Positions 1 to 8,766 of a stretch of 64,000 nucleotides of DNA are shown here, in pieces. Under the pieces are notes generated by a model. It ran no database searches and was not told the DNA's origin. It was given only the letters and a program-made list of their open reading frames with translations. The DNA comes from an uncultured Verrucomicrobiae bacterium (GTDB lineage Bacteria > Verrucomicrobiota > Verrucomicrobiia > Chthoniobacterales > UBA10450). A program made the translations under genes and the position numbers. Position 1 is the first letter of the stretch. Each line of letters begins with the position of its first letter. Location: positions 1-64,000 of the forward strand of contig CAVSDR010000003.1 of NCBI GenBank assembly GCA_963726745.1, given 5' to 3'.

Positions 1-162
1 GGCGATGGCCGCCTCATCGATGTGCTTGATGTAGCTGCGGCCGGCGTGCAGCGCCTCGATCTTGGAGGGATCGATGTCGATGCCAAGGACCTCGACGCCT
101 TTGCGCGCAAATTGCAGCGAAAGGGGCAGACCGACGTAACCGAGGCCGATAATGGCGAGCAT
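1..162 (-). CDS. Nucleotide-sugar dehydrogenase (UDP-glucose/UDP-GlcNAc 6-dehydrogenase family), N-terminal part; runs off the window
   Basis: Manual translation MLAIIGLGYVGLPLSLQFARKGVEVLGIDIDPSKIEAL: Rossmann GLGYVGLP motif. Confidence 0.85.
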   Translation of the reverse strand, partial: MLAIIGLGYVGLPLSLQFARKGVEVLGIDIDPSKIEALHAGRSYIKHIDEAAIA

Positions 163-175
163 TTTCTAAAAGGCT

Positions 176-454
176 GAAAGACTGAAAGGCTGAGGAGCTG
201 AAATCAGAAAGCGCAAACTTGAAACGGGATCGAACACGACGCGGCCAAGGGTTCGCGATCCTTCATGTGGCACGGTGGAGCCCTGCCCGCGGGATCGCTT
301 ACTGCGTGTGGGATGCTCCTGAGGGAAGATGAAAGACTGAAAGGCTGAGGAGCTGAAATCAGAAAGCGCAAACTTGAAACGGGATCGAACACGACGCGGC
401 CAAGGGTTCGCGATCCTTCATGTGGCACGGTGGAGCCCTGCCCGCGGGATCGCT
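176..454. repeat. Direct tandem duplication, about 124 bp identical units at 176-299 and 331-454 (155 bp period)
   Basis: gaaagactgaaaggctgagg...cccgcgggatcgct occurs twice. Confidence 0.9.
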
Positions 455-560
455 CTCCCCGCGTGTGGGATTGCCTTCCCTGACCATGGGATGGACCGAC
501 TTTGGCGCGGGATTGCGTTCCCTTCACCCGAATTGGCTTAGCCTTGATCGCGGTATTGGG
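436..560. repeat. Degenerate 21-bp tandem array
   Basis: GGGAT recurs at 446, 467, 488, 509; CCC recurs at 436, 457, 478, 520. Confidence 0.65.
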
Positions 561-787
561 TGCCCAGTGTCGGGGCGGGCAAATACTTCGTCGAGGAATG
601 AAAGGCAGCGCCGCCAGGACTTCAGAGCAGGCCGCCCTTCTACCATATTTCGTGGCTAAAATTGTAGGAGACACCACTAGTAGAAAAAATGTTACAATTT
701 TGCGGTTGAGGCTCTTCCTCTTAGGGAGGTATTTTCCCTTCCGACGCGGTGTCACAGGACACCTACGCAGAAAGGAGGTGATAGAAG

Positions 788-1168
788 ATGCAAGCTCCAA
801 AAGAAATTGCAGAGAAATTGCAACGGGCGGTCCGGGCGTGGGAAAACCTCGCGCCGGCGGATTCGTTCGGCGGAATGACTCTGGCCGAGTTTAAAGGGAA
901 AGTGCAGGAAGCGCTGGACATCCGGGACGCCATTCAGTTGGCGACGGACCAGTTGATGGTGGCACAGAACGCCCGCTCGGACACGGACCGGAAAACCATG
1001 GACGCTTTGCTCCTGGTGGTGAATGCCATCAAGGGCAATCCGGATCATGGCGAGAACAGCTCGCTTTACGAAGCGTGCGGTTACGTCCGGAAGAGTGAGC
1101 GGAAGAGCGGTCTCAGCCGTCGAAAGCAAGAGAACCGCCCCTCCGCCGGAACCAGCGGCCTGAACTAG
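788..1168 (+). CDS. Conserved hypothetical helical protein with basic C-terminal tail
   Basis: Strong SD (AAAGGAGGTG, 771-780), clean 126-aa ORF, LYEACGYVRKSERKSG motif, downstream hairpin. Confidence 0.8.
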   Translation: MQAPKEIAEKLQRAVRAWENLAPADSFGGMTLAEFKGKVQEALDIRDAIQLATDQLMVAQNARSDTDRKTMDALLLVVNAIKGNPDHGENSSLYEACGYVRKSERKSGLSRRKQENRPSAGTSGLN

Positions 1169-1190
1169 CGATAGCGCAGACCGTATGACC

Positions 1191-1220
1191 GAGGCCGGGC
1201 TGCTCACGCGGTCCGGCCTC
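1191..1220 (+). terminator. Hairpin, possible terminator between convergent genes
   Basis: GAGGCCGGGC...GTCCGGCCTC inverted repeat. Confidence 0.5.
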
Positions 1221-1378
1221 CTCCATTTACTAAACCCATGCGCACAGGCGCAGAAAGAATTTTTTTCAGCCGGTGCATGGCTACGACGTCAGAACCTTCG
1301 CCGACGGTTGGGAAGGGCTCGCCGTGACCGGAGACTCGAGACGGGTGATGACGAAATTGCCGAGGGCGAGCAGGTCCA

Positions 1379-3294
1379 TCATTTCAAAGGGGAAGGTGAA
1401 AAGTCTAAAGGGGAAGGTTCGCGAGAGACAGGGACGCTGGAATCCTTCTGCGCTCGTTCGATGAAGAAATTTCCCAAAACCAGGACGTCCATTTTCGTGC
1501 GGAGGAAGCAATCGAGCGCTTCTTCCGGGCGACAGACGACGGGCTCGTTTTCGTTGAAGGAGGTGTTCAGGACCAGCGGGACGGAGGTCTGCGCGTAGAA
1601 GGCGGAAATGAGCTGATGGTAAAGCGGATTGGTCTCGCGATGGACGGTCTGCAAACGTCCGGAGCCATCGGCGTGGCAGACCGCAGGGACAAGGTCGCGC
1701 TTCTCCTCACGGAACTGGAACACTTGCATCATGAACGGGACGTCGTCGTCCTGCTCGAACCACTCGGCGACGGCTTCGCGCAGGATCGACGGGGCAAAGG
1801 GGCGGAAGGACTCGCGGCGCTTGATCTTGGCGTTGAGGATCTCTTTCATGTCGGCGCGGCGCGGGTCGCCGAGGATGGAGCGCGCACCGAGGGCGCGCGG
1901 GCCCCATTCCATGCGCCCCTGGAACCAGCCGACAACCTGGCCGTCGGCGATCGCCCGGGCGGTGCGATCGCAAGAGAGCTGAAAGGCTGAAGCCTGAGCA
2001 GCTGAAAGGCTGAAATCCTGAAAAGCTGAAATGGAACAGCCGGCGTCTTCGATTTCAGCTTCTCTGCTTTTCAGCAGCGCAGCGATTTCCGCATCCGAAG
2101 TAGGAAGGTCCGAGGTAAGCGGAGGACAAAGTGGAAAGTGGAAAGTAGGAAGTAGAAGACGACTTTTGCCCGGATCGTTCCGTTTCTCGGCTCCCACTTT
2201 CTCCTTTCTCCTTCGTCCTTTCCCCTTTCTCCGCCACGACCACTGCCGCCGCGCCGATCGCGCCCCCGGCATCGCCCGCCGCGGCTGGGAGATACATCCG
2301 CTTGAAAGGCGTGTTGAGGTAGACTTTGCCGTTGGCCACGGAGTTCATCGCGCAGCCGCCGGAGAGAGCGAGATTCTCGGACGGATGCTCGCGATGCAGC
2401 GCCTGGAGCAGGGCGAAGAAGGCTTCCTCATACATCGCCTGGGCGGAGCGAGCCAGATCCTTGTGCCGTTGTTCGAGCGGCGCCTGCGGCTCGCGCATCG
2501 GCCCGAGCAGCTCGGCCAGCCCCGGCTTGAACAGGCGGCCGACTTCCGGCGCGCAATCCTTCCAGCTATAGGCCACGTTGTCGGTGTGGTGGCGGAAGTA
2601 TTTCAGGTTTAACTCGAAGGTGCCGTCGGGCTGGATGCGGAGGATTTCGCGCATCTGCGGGAGGTAAGTCGGCTCCCCATAGGGCGCCAGGCCCATGACC
2701 TTGTATTCGTCGCCGTAATGCGGGAAGCCGATGAACTGCGTGATCGCCGAGTAGAAAATGCCTAACGAGTGCGGGAAATAAACTCGCTGGCTAATTTCGA
2801 TCGCGTTCCCCCGCCCCATGCCCAAGGCGGTGCTGGCAAAGTCGCCGAAGCCGTCGACCGAAAGGCAGGCGGCTTCCTCGAAACCGGAAACGAGGAAGGC
2901 GGAAGCCAGGTGCGCCAGGTGATGCTCGACGTGATGAATCTCGGCCGTGATCTCCCGGGCGTAGGCCGTTTCGAGGGCCTCTTTCACGCCCGCGGCGCTG
3001 CGGATGTTCCTGACCTTTTGCAGCAGGAGCCGCGGGTCGGGCCAATGGGTGGCAACGAAGGCAAGGCGGCGCCAATTATTTACTCCCGGCTTCCGGTTGA
3101 CCGCGATGTGGTCGACGTCGCCCAGCGTAGGCGCCGGCCTCGCGCAGGCAGTAATCGATCGCCTGCGTGGGCAACCCGGCCCAGTGCTTGACCCGGCGAA
3201 AACGTTCCTCTTCGGCGGCCGCCAGCAATTCGCCATCGCGAAAAATGCAGGCCGCGGAATCGGCGTGGTAAGCGTTTAATCCTAAAACGATCAT
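1379..3294 (-). CDS. Carbamoyltransferase, NodU/CmcH family (split by 2 frameshifts)
   Basis: MIVLGLNAYHADSAA...EEERFRRVKH; HHLAH; GRMEWGPRALGARSILGDPR; KRRESFRPFAP; LNTSFN across ORFs 3076-3294, 2055-3236, 1379-2272. Confidence 0.93.
2128..2232. repeat. Inverted heptamer array (AAAGNNG ... CNNCTTT) inserted in frame in the carbamoyltransferase
   Basis: aaagtgg aaagtgg aaagtag ... ccacttt ctccttt ctccttc gtccttt ccccttt. Confidence 0.75.
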
Positions 3295-3304
3295 TTTTGG
3301 ATCG

Positions 3305-3452
3305 AAAAGCTGAAAAACTGAAACGCTGATGCTCTGAAATTAAGCCACGGCTTAGGCCCGGACGCAGGATTAGTCGGCGATCTCAAACCTTTCAGCATTC
3401 CGCGTCTCGGCTCTCAGGATTTCAGCTTTTTAGGATTTCAGCTTTTCAGCGT
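3305..3452. repeat. Inverted octamer array (CTGAAAnn ... nnTTTCAG); related arms at 171-205, 1978-2032, 13984-14013, 15850-15873
   Basis: aagctgaaaaactgaaacgctga ... tttcagctttttaggatttcagcttttcagc. Confidence 0.75.
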
Positions 3453-3457
3453 TTCCC

Positions 3458-4225
3458 TCACACATCCGCCCAGCGCGGGCGGAGAGGAGGCAACTCGGAG
3501 CGATAGCGGAAAAGCATCCGGAGATCGGTGAAAGCGATGCCTAATCGGGGCAGCAGCATCCCCGGCTGCGCGACCAAACGGGCAAGCCAGCCGAGCGAGG
3601 CGCTCTCGGCCCATTCGGGCACGGGGCGCTCGCTTCCATTGAGAAAGGCGAGGGCTGCGCCGACGCAATGAATGCACGGTTTGAAGAGGAGATAATCGCG
3701 CAGGTAGCAGGCCAGGTGTTCCTGCGTGCCGGTAGCAGTGGCCACGATGATCTGCTCGGGCCGGGCTTCTTCGATCGCAAGCAGAAGCGAGTGATCCGAT
3801 GCACTTCCCGAGGGGGCGCGGACGAGAATTTGCTCGGGGTGCACGGCTAAGCCCTCGCGCTGCAGGCTCTGGAGCGAAAGGTCGCGTTCGGCCTCGGACT
3901 GGACAATCCACAGGGTCGTTGCAAGTCCACTTTCTCGTAGCTGCGCAAGGAGCGCGCGAAAATAGTGCGACGCGGAGATGGAGCGCATTTTGCGTCTGGA
4001 AAGGAGCGACCAGGTGGAGGCTAGAAGGTGGCTATCGAGCAAGACCATGTCGGCGCCGGTCAGATTTTCGCGGTAGCTGGCTTCGTGCTCGAGCTTGGAG
4101 AGCGCCGGGGCGGAAGGAATGAGGAGCACGCCTTTGCGCGCCTGGAAGAGCGCGATCGCTTCGGCTGCCTCTCCATTAAAAAAATCGATCCCGAGGATGC
4201 GTTCGAAAGAGGCCGGGGACTGCAA
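3458..4225 (-). CDS. WecB/TagA/CpsF family glycosyltransferase
   Basis: RILGIDFFNG, ADMVLLDS, IHCVGAALAFLNG, PEWAESASLGWLARL. Confidence 0.8.
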   Translation of the reverse strand: MQSPASFERILGIDFFNGEAAEAIALFQARKGVLLIPSAPALSKLEHEASYRENLTGADMVLLDSHLLASTWSLLSRRKMRSISASHYFRALLAQLRESGLATTLWIVQSEAERDLSLQSLQREGLAVHPEQILVRAPSGSASDHSLLLAIEEARPEQIIVATATGTQEHLACYLRDYLLFKPCIHCVGAALAFLNGSERPVPEWAESASLGWLARLVAQPGMLLPRLGIAFTDLRMLFRYRSELPPLRPRWADV

Positions 4226-4431
4226 ATTTGCACTCAGATGGCGCCGTCAGCGAGTGGGTGCTTGAGAGCGCAGTTTTAGCCGACCACTTGAAAGCTAACG
4301 GGTGCCGGGCAAGCTGCCGCCCTTGGTCGCATCGTCCGCTGGGGGGACGACTGACCGGACGCGAGCTTTGAAGATGTTTTCATTCGTTGCACCCGGGACG
4401 GCCGCAACTGACGGAACTTGCTACCTTATAA

Positions 4432-5298
4432 TTACGGAATCTGTGAGAGAAGGTTTTTCTCTGATTCGCTCTCCTTCACTGGATCTCCGACTGCGCCGAG
4501 GCTTCGGTTCAGCCGGACCGGAGAGGCGGTTCCGCAGCGCCGTAGCGCAGGAGGAGCCAAAGCAGCCGCCGGGCCTTTCCAGAGGCGGGGGATGAACACG
4601 CGCGGCTGGGTGAGCAAGCGGAGGAACCAGCCGAGATAAAGGCGGTCGGCCCAGTCGGGGATCGCGACCTGGTCGCCGGTGACGAAGCCGAGTGCGCCGC
4701 CGATGCAATGGATCGCCGGCCTCCTTGCGAGGTTCTCGCGCAAATACCAGCCGAGCTTTTCCTGCGCGCCGGCGCCGAGGCCAATGACGATGTGCGCCGG
4801 TTGGAGGTTGCTGGCTAATTCCAGCAGCGCCGGGTCCGTTACTTCGGCACGATAGATCGGCGCGACGTAGCAATGACCGGGCGGAATGCTGACCTCGTGT
4901 CGCGCGGCCCAAGCCAGCAGGTGCTCGCGAGCGCCGTTGTGCGGGAGGATCCAGAGGACATTTTCCGCAGCGCGGAAATCCGGATGGGCTAGCAGCAGTT
5001 TCAGATAAGCCAGCCCGGAGATGCGGCGGACGCTCCGACCGGAGCGCAGCCGCCAAAGTGAGGCCATCAGGCCGCTATCGGCCAGGGCAAGATCGGCGGA
5101 GAAGATCGCGCGCCGATAGGCGGCATCTTGTTCGAGGCGTTCGAAGCAGGTCCCCGAGGGAGCCACGACCAGACCGCCACGCCGCGCAGCGAACTCGACC
5201 GCCTCTGCCGCAGTGGAGCCGTTGAAGAAGCGAATTCCGAGAATCTGCTCCGTGGCGGGATTAGCGGCGGGCGCAGGCGTGCTCACGACGTGATTCAA
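4432..5298 (-). CDS. WecB/TagA/CpsF family glycosyltransferase (paralogue; C-terminus may be frameshifted)
   Basis: ADLALADSG, IGLGAGAQEK, IHCIGGALGF, PDWADRLYLGWFLRL. Confidence 0.85.
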   Translation of the reverse strand: MNHVVSTPAPAANPATEQILGIRFFNGSTAAEAVEFAARRGGLVVAPSGTCFERLEQDAAYRRAIFSADLALADSGLMASLWRLRSGRSVRRISGLAYLKLLLAHPDFRAAENVLWILPHNGAREHLLAWAARHEVSIPPGHCYVAPIYRAEVTDPALLELASNLQPAHIVIGLGAGAQEKLGWYLRENLARRPAIHCIGGALGFVTGDQVAIPDWADRLYLGWFLRLLTQPRVFIPRLWKGPAAALAPPALRRCGTASPVRLNRSLGAVGDPVKESESEKNLLSQIP

Positions 5299-5864
5299 TC
5301 GAGGTGCTGATCAAAGATGCGCTGGAGCTTGCGGAGGATCTCCGGTTCCTCCTTCAGTTCGACCAGGGGACGGAGTTCCTCCCAAATTTGCGCGAGCTTC
5401 AACCTGCGTCCCTGCCGCTCCACGATTCCTTCGAGGTCGATCCAATCCTGCGTCCGACTGGCGAAGGCTTTGTGCACGATCAAATCCTCCGCACTGCACG
5501 TGACCAGCGGATCAATGGCCCGCTGAGCCTCCCATCGACTGGCCCGTTCAATCGTCCGCTCCTCGAAGGGCAAAGCGCCCAAAGCGATGTCTAAGGGAAC
5601 GCCAGCACCGGAGAACACCCGGAGAACCCGCGCGCGTGGAGCGAAGTCGCGCTCGCCGTCGAAACGCGCTCGGAATTTTTCCAGGAGAGGATCGATGAAC
5701 TTTTCCTCGGTGCCAATTCCGGTCAGCAACGTCATGTCCGCATCATGCGTGAAACGCGGCTGCGACCACCGTTGCACCGCCAGGCCGCCGATGAAGCAAA
5801 AGCGCCACTTCCGTTCTTCGCAGAACCTCTGGAGCTCCGCAGCGGCTTCGAGAACATTTCCCAT
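5295..5864 (-). CDS. Nucleotidyltransferase (AbiEii/DUF6036-like pol-beta fold), putative toxin
   Basis: FIGGLAV...PRFTHDADM, EDLIVHKAFASRTQDWID. Confidence 0.8.
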   Translation of the reverse strand: MGNVLEAAAELQRFCEERKWRFCFIGGLAVQRWSQPRFTHDADMTLLTGIGTEEKFIDPLLEKFRARFDGERDFAPRARVLRVFSGAGVPLDIALGALPFEERTIERASRWEAQRAIDPLVTCSAEDLIVHKAFASRTQDWIDLEGIVERQGRRLKLAQIWEELRPLVELKEEPEILRKLQRIFDQHLD

Positions 5865-6125
5865 CACTTTTTTGAGTGAAGCAATTGGAAAAGCCGCTGC
5901 TGCTCCACCAATCCCGCAGACAGCGCGCGACCTGGCTCAACCCAGATTTCATCCGCCGACGAAGTACTCTAAGGTCACCGCTTCGTCGAAGGCCTCCTCC
6001 TCAGTCAAAGCGCGCAGCTCCCGGCGCTTGATTGCTTCCAGCTCCGGGCCGACACGCTTCCAATTCTCCACCCAGGCGCGCATTTGCTCGCGCTCGGGTA
6101 ACTTCGCGACTTCTTTCCAATCCAC
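5864..6125 (-). CDS. Small partner protein of the nucleotidyltransferase (frameshift near 5955), putative antitoxin
   Basis: VDWKEVAKLPEREQMRAWVENWKRVGPELEAIKRRELRAL then DEIWVEPGRALSAGLVEQQRLFQLLHSKK*; TGATG overlap with the NTase start. Confidence 0.65.
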
Positions 6126-6224
6126 CGGGGCAGCGTATCGCGAAGCGCGCGCTTGCGCGAGAGTTGTCGCCAGCATTCCCGGCGTGGCTATGCGCCGCGC
6201 GGAAAGCTGATATACTCTCCCGCC

Positions 6225-7919
6225 GTGCCGGAAACCGCTGCCGCCCCTGCCCTGCCGCGTTCGGTCCCCGGCGCTCCATTATCGCCGCGTGCGGCGTGGG
6301 TTTTCGCCGGGCTGACGCTGGCCGGCCTTTGGTTTGTGCTTTGCCGACACCTCGCGAGCGAATGGGCGATCAACGAGCAATACAGCTACGGCTGGTTTGT
6401 GCCGTTCTTTGCGCTCTTCCTTTTTTGGCTGCGCTGGGAAGAGAGAGGGAAAGTCGACGGGAGAAAGGTGAAAGGAGAAAGACCTCTCGGCTCCGACCTT
6501 CTCCTTTCCACTTCGGCCTTTCTCCTTTTCTTCACTCTTCTGCCTGTCCGGCTGTTCGAGATCGGGAATCCGGATTGGCGGCCGCTTGGCTGGGTGCATG
6601 CGGGCGTGGTCGTGGGGCTGACTTTTCTCTTTCTCGGGCGCCTCGGCGGCTGGGCTTTTGTGCGGCATTTCGCCTTTCCGGTCTGCTTCATTTTTGTCTC
6701 CGTGCCGTGGATCTCCGGGATTGAAATGCCGGTGATCCAGGGGTTGATGCGCGCGGTCGCGGCGGTGGCGGCGGAGACGTTGAATCTCTTCGGCATCCCG
6801 GCGCAGCTCGAAGGCAATCTTATCCGGGTAAGCAGCGGGCTGGTGGGAGTGAACGAAGCCTGCAGCGGCGTGCGTTCGCTCCAGACTTCGCTCATGATCG
6901 GGCTGCTCTTTGGCGAGCTAAAGCGACTCTCAGTGGCGCGCCGCGCGTTCCTGCTCGGCGGCGCGGTCGCGATCGCGCTCCTGGCTAATTGCGTGCGCGC
7001 GCTCTTCCTCGTCTGGCTGGCCGCGAGCGACCAAACCAGCGCGGTCGGCCGCTGGCATGATCTTGCTGGCTATTCCATCGTGGGCGCCGTCTTCCTCGGA
7101 ACCATGGCGCTGGCCGCGGCGTTGGAGGAACGAAGAGCGGAAAGTCCCGAAGCTTCGCCTCCGCATTCGCTGCCGCACTTTCTCCTTTCCCCTTTCCCCT
7201 TTCTACTTTCCCTCCTCTGGCTCCTCGCGGTGGAGGCGGGCGCGGAAGGTTGGTATCGGCTGCATGAGCGCCAGCTCACGCCGGAAAGCGCCTGGACCGT
7301 GCGCTGGCCGGAGCAGGCGCCGGGCTTCCGCGAGATCGAGATCGATGAAGGCGTGCGCCGCACCTTGCGCTACGATGCCGGCCGCGAAGCCGCCTGGCTC
7401 CTCCCAAAAACAGACGACATTCTCACCGCGCCGAAGAGCTCGCCGAATAACGCCGCGACTTGCCTGGCGTTCTTCTTTCGCTGGGAAGCTGGCGGCTCGA
7501 GCGTGCTCCGCGCACGGGCGCATCGCCCGGATATCTGCCTGCCGAATGCCGGCTGGGATAAGCTGGCTGATCGCGGCAGCGCGGACTTCGCGGTGGGCGC
7601 GCTGCAACTGCCGTTTCGGCGCGTGACTTTCCAGCGCTCCGGCGGCGGGCCGATGGCCTACACCTACTTCTGCCTGCAGGAGGATCAACGCCGCCTGCGC
7701 GAGGAGCGACCGGACTTGCTCCCGTTCACCGGGACGCAGCCCGATTGGTCCATCGCCGGTCGCTGGCGCACGGTCCGAAACGGGGTGCGCAATCTCGGCC
7801 AGCAAGTGCTCGAGATCGTGCTCGTGGCCCCGCCCGGCAGCGGCGGCGACGCCGAGGCGGTCGATCGCGAGTTTGCCGGCGTCTTGCGCGGGATCGTCGC
7901 GCCCGCGCCGTCGCGGTAA
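6225..7919 (+). CDS. Exosortase fused to an EpsI-like C-terminal domain
   Basis: Multi-TM protein; catalytic triad contexts EACSGVRSL (Cys), ANCVRAL (Arg), WHDLAG (His); HRPDICLPNAGW EpsI-type motif. Confidence 0.9.
   Translation: MPETAAAPALPRSVPGAPLSPRAAWVFAGLTLAGLWFVLCRHLASEWAINEQYSYGWFVPFFALFLFWLRWEERGKVDGRKVKGERPLGSDLLLSTSAFLLFFTLLPVRLFEIGNPDWRPLGWVHAGVVVGLTFLFLGRLGGWAFVRHFAFPVCFIFVSVPWISGIEMPVIQGLMRAVAAVAAETLNLFGIPAQLEGNLIRVSSGLVGVNEACSGVRSLQTSLMIGLLFGELKRLSVARRAFLLGGAVAIALLANCVRALFLVWLAASDQTSAVGRWHDLAGYSIVGAVFLGTMALAAALEERRAESPEASPPHSLPHFLLSPFPFLLSLLWLLAVEAGAEGWYRLHERQLTPESAWTVRWPEQAPGFREIEIDEGVRRTLRYDAGREAAWLLPKTDDILTAPKSSPNNAATCLAFFFRWEAGGSSVLRARAHRPDICLPNAGWDKLADRGSADFAVGALQLPFRRVTFQRSGGGPMAYTYFCLQEDQRRLREERPDLLPFTGTQPDWSIAGRWRTVRNGVRNLGQQVLEIVLVAPPGSGGDAEAVDREFAGVLRGIVAPAPSR
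6440..6530. repeat. Inverted heptamer array inserted in frame in the exosortase
   Basis: gagaggg aaagtcg acgggag aaaggtg aaaggag ... cttctc ctttcca cttcggc ctttctc. Confidence 0.65.
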
Positions 7920-8045
7920 ATCCGCGGCACGATCGGCCGCCGCGGTCCGGCCTGCTTGGCCGAACGAATTCTCCGCCTTCGCGGCCTCGCGCGAGAAAAT
8001 TTCCGCGCGCTGGTGCGGAAGCTGCATCTGCCCTGCCTAACAACT

Positions 8046-8646
8046 ATGAAACCATCCCTCGTTCTCCGCACCGCCTTCGGCGCTCGCCGCTCTCGTCGCC
8101 GCGCTTCACCGTCCCGCTGACTCCGCCCAGGAAATGGTCGCCAATGGCGGCTTTGAATCCGGGACCTTCTCCGGCTGGACCGTGGTCGACCCGTCGAATT
8201 TCACCCTCGTCGGCACGGACGCGGCCTTCGCCATGTCGGGCAACAACTACCTGAACCTGGGCGCCAGTCCCGGGATCGGCTCGCTCAGCCAGACGCTCGC
8301 GACCACCGCCGGCCAGACCTACATGATCACCTTCGCGCTCGCGAACGACACCTTCGGCGCTTCCGCGCCGAGCAATCAGTTCGAGTTTTATTGGGATGGC
8401 ACGCTGCGCGACTCGATGACGAACGCGCCGGACTTCAACTACAACACTTACAGTTATTCCTTTACCGCGAGCAGTTCCTCGACCGTGCTCGAATTCAGAT
8501 ACCGGAACGACGACGACTTCTTCCGCCTGGATGACGTCTCGGTCGCGGCCGTGCCGGAATCCTCCACCCTGGCCTACGCGCTCATCGGCCTCGGCCTTCT
8601 CGGGACGGTGCAATATCGCCGCCGGCAGACGCGGCTCTCCGCGTAA
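8046..8646 (+). CDS. PEP-CTERM protein with a jelly-roll/CBM-like domain (signal peptide region frameshifted)
   Basis: NGGFESG...LDDVSV domain; C-terminus VPESSTLAYALIGLGLLGTVQYRRR. Confidence 0.85.
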
Positions 8647-8714
8647 GGGCGTGCGCTCGCAGCCGCGCGAAAGCGCGGCAAACGCTTGCACTTCCCCGCT
8701 GTTGTAGCTACTCG

Positions 8715-8754
8715 AAGGCGCTGACCGCAACCCGGTCGGCGCCTTTTCGCTTTT
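8715..8754 (+). terminator. Rho-independent terminator candidate
   Basis: AAGGCGCTGACCG / CGGTCGGCGCCTT stem followed by TTCGCTTTT. Confidence 0.55.
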
Positions 8755-8766
8755 CCCTGCACTTTC

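Noticed and set aside
176..560. CRISPR array
   Set aside because: There are only two long units plus a degenerate 21-bp tandem, with no repeat-spacer pattern and no cas genes.
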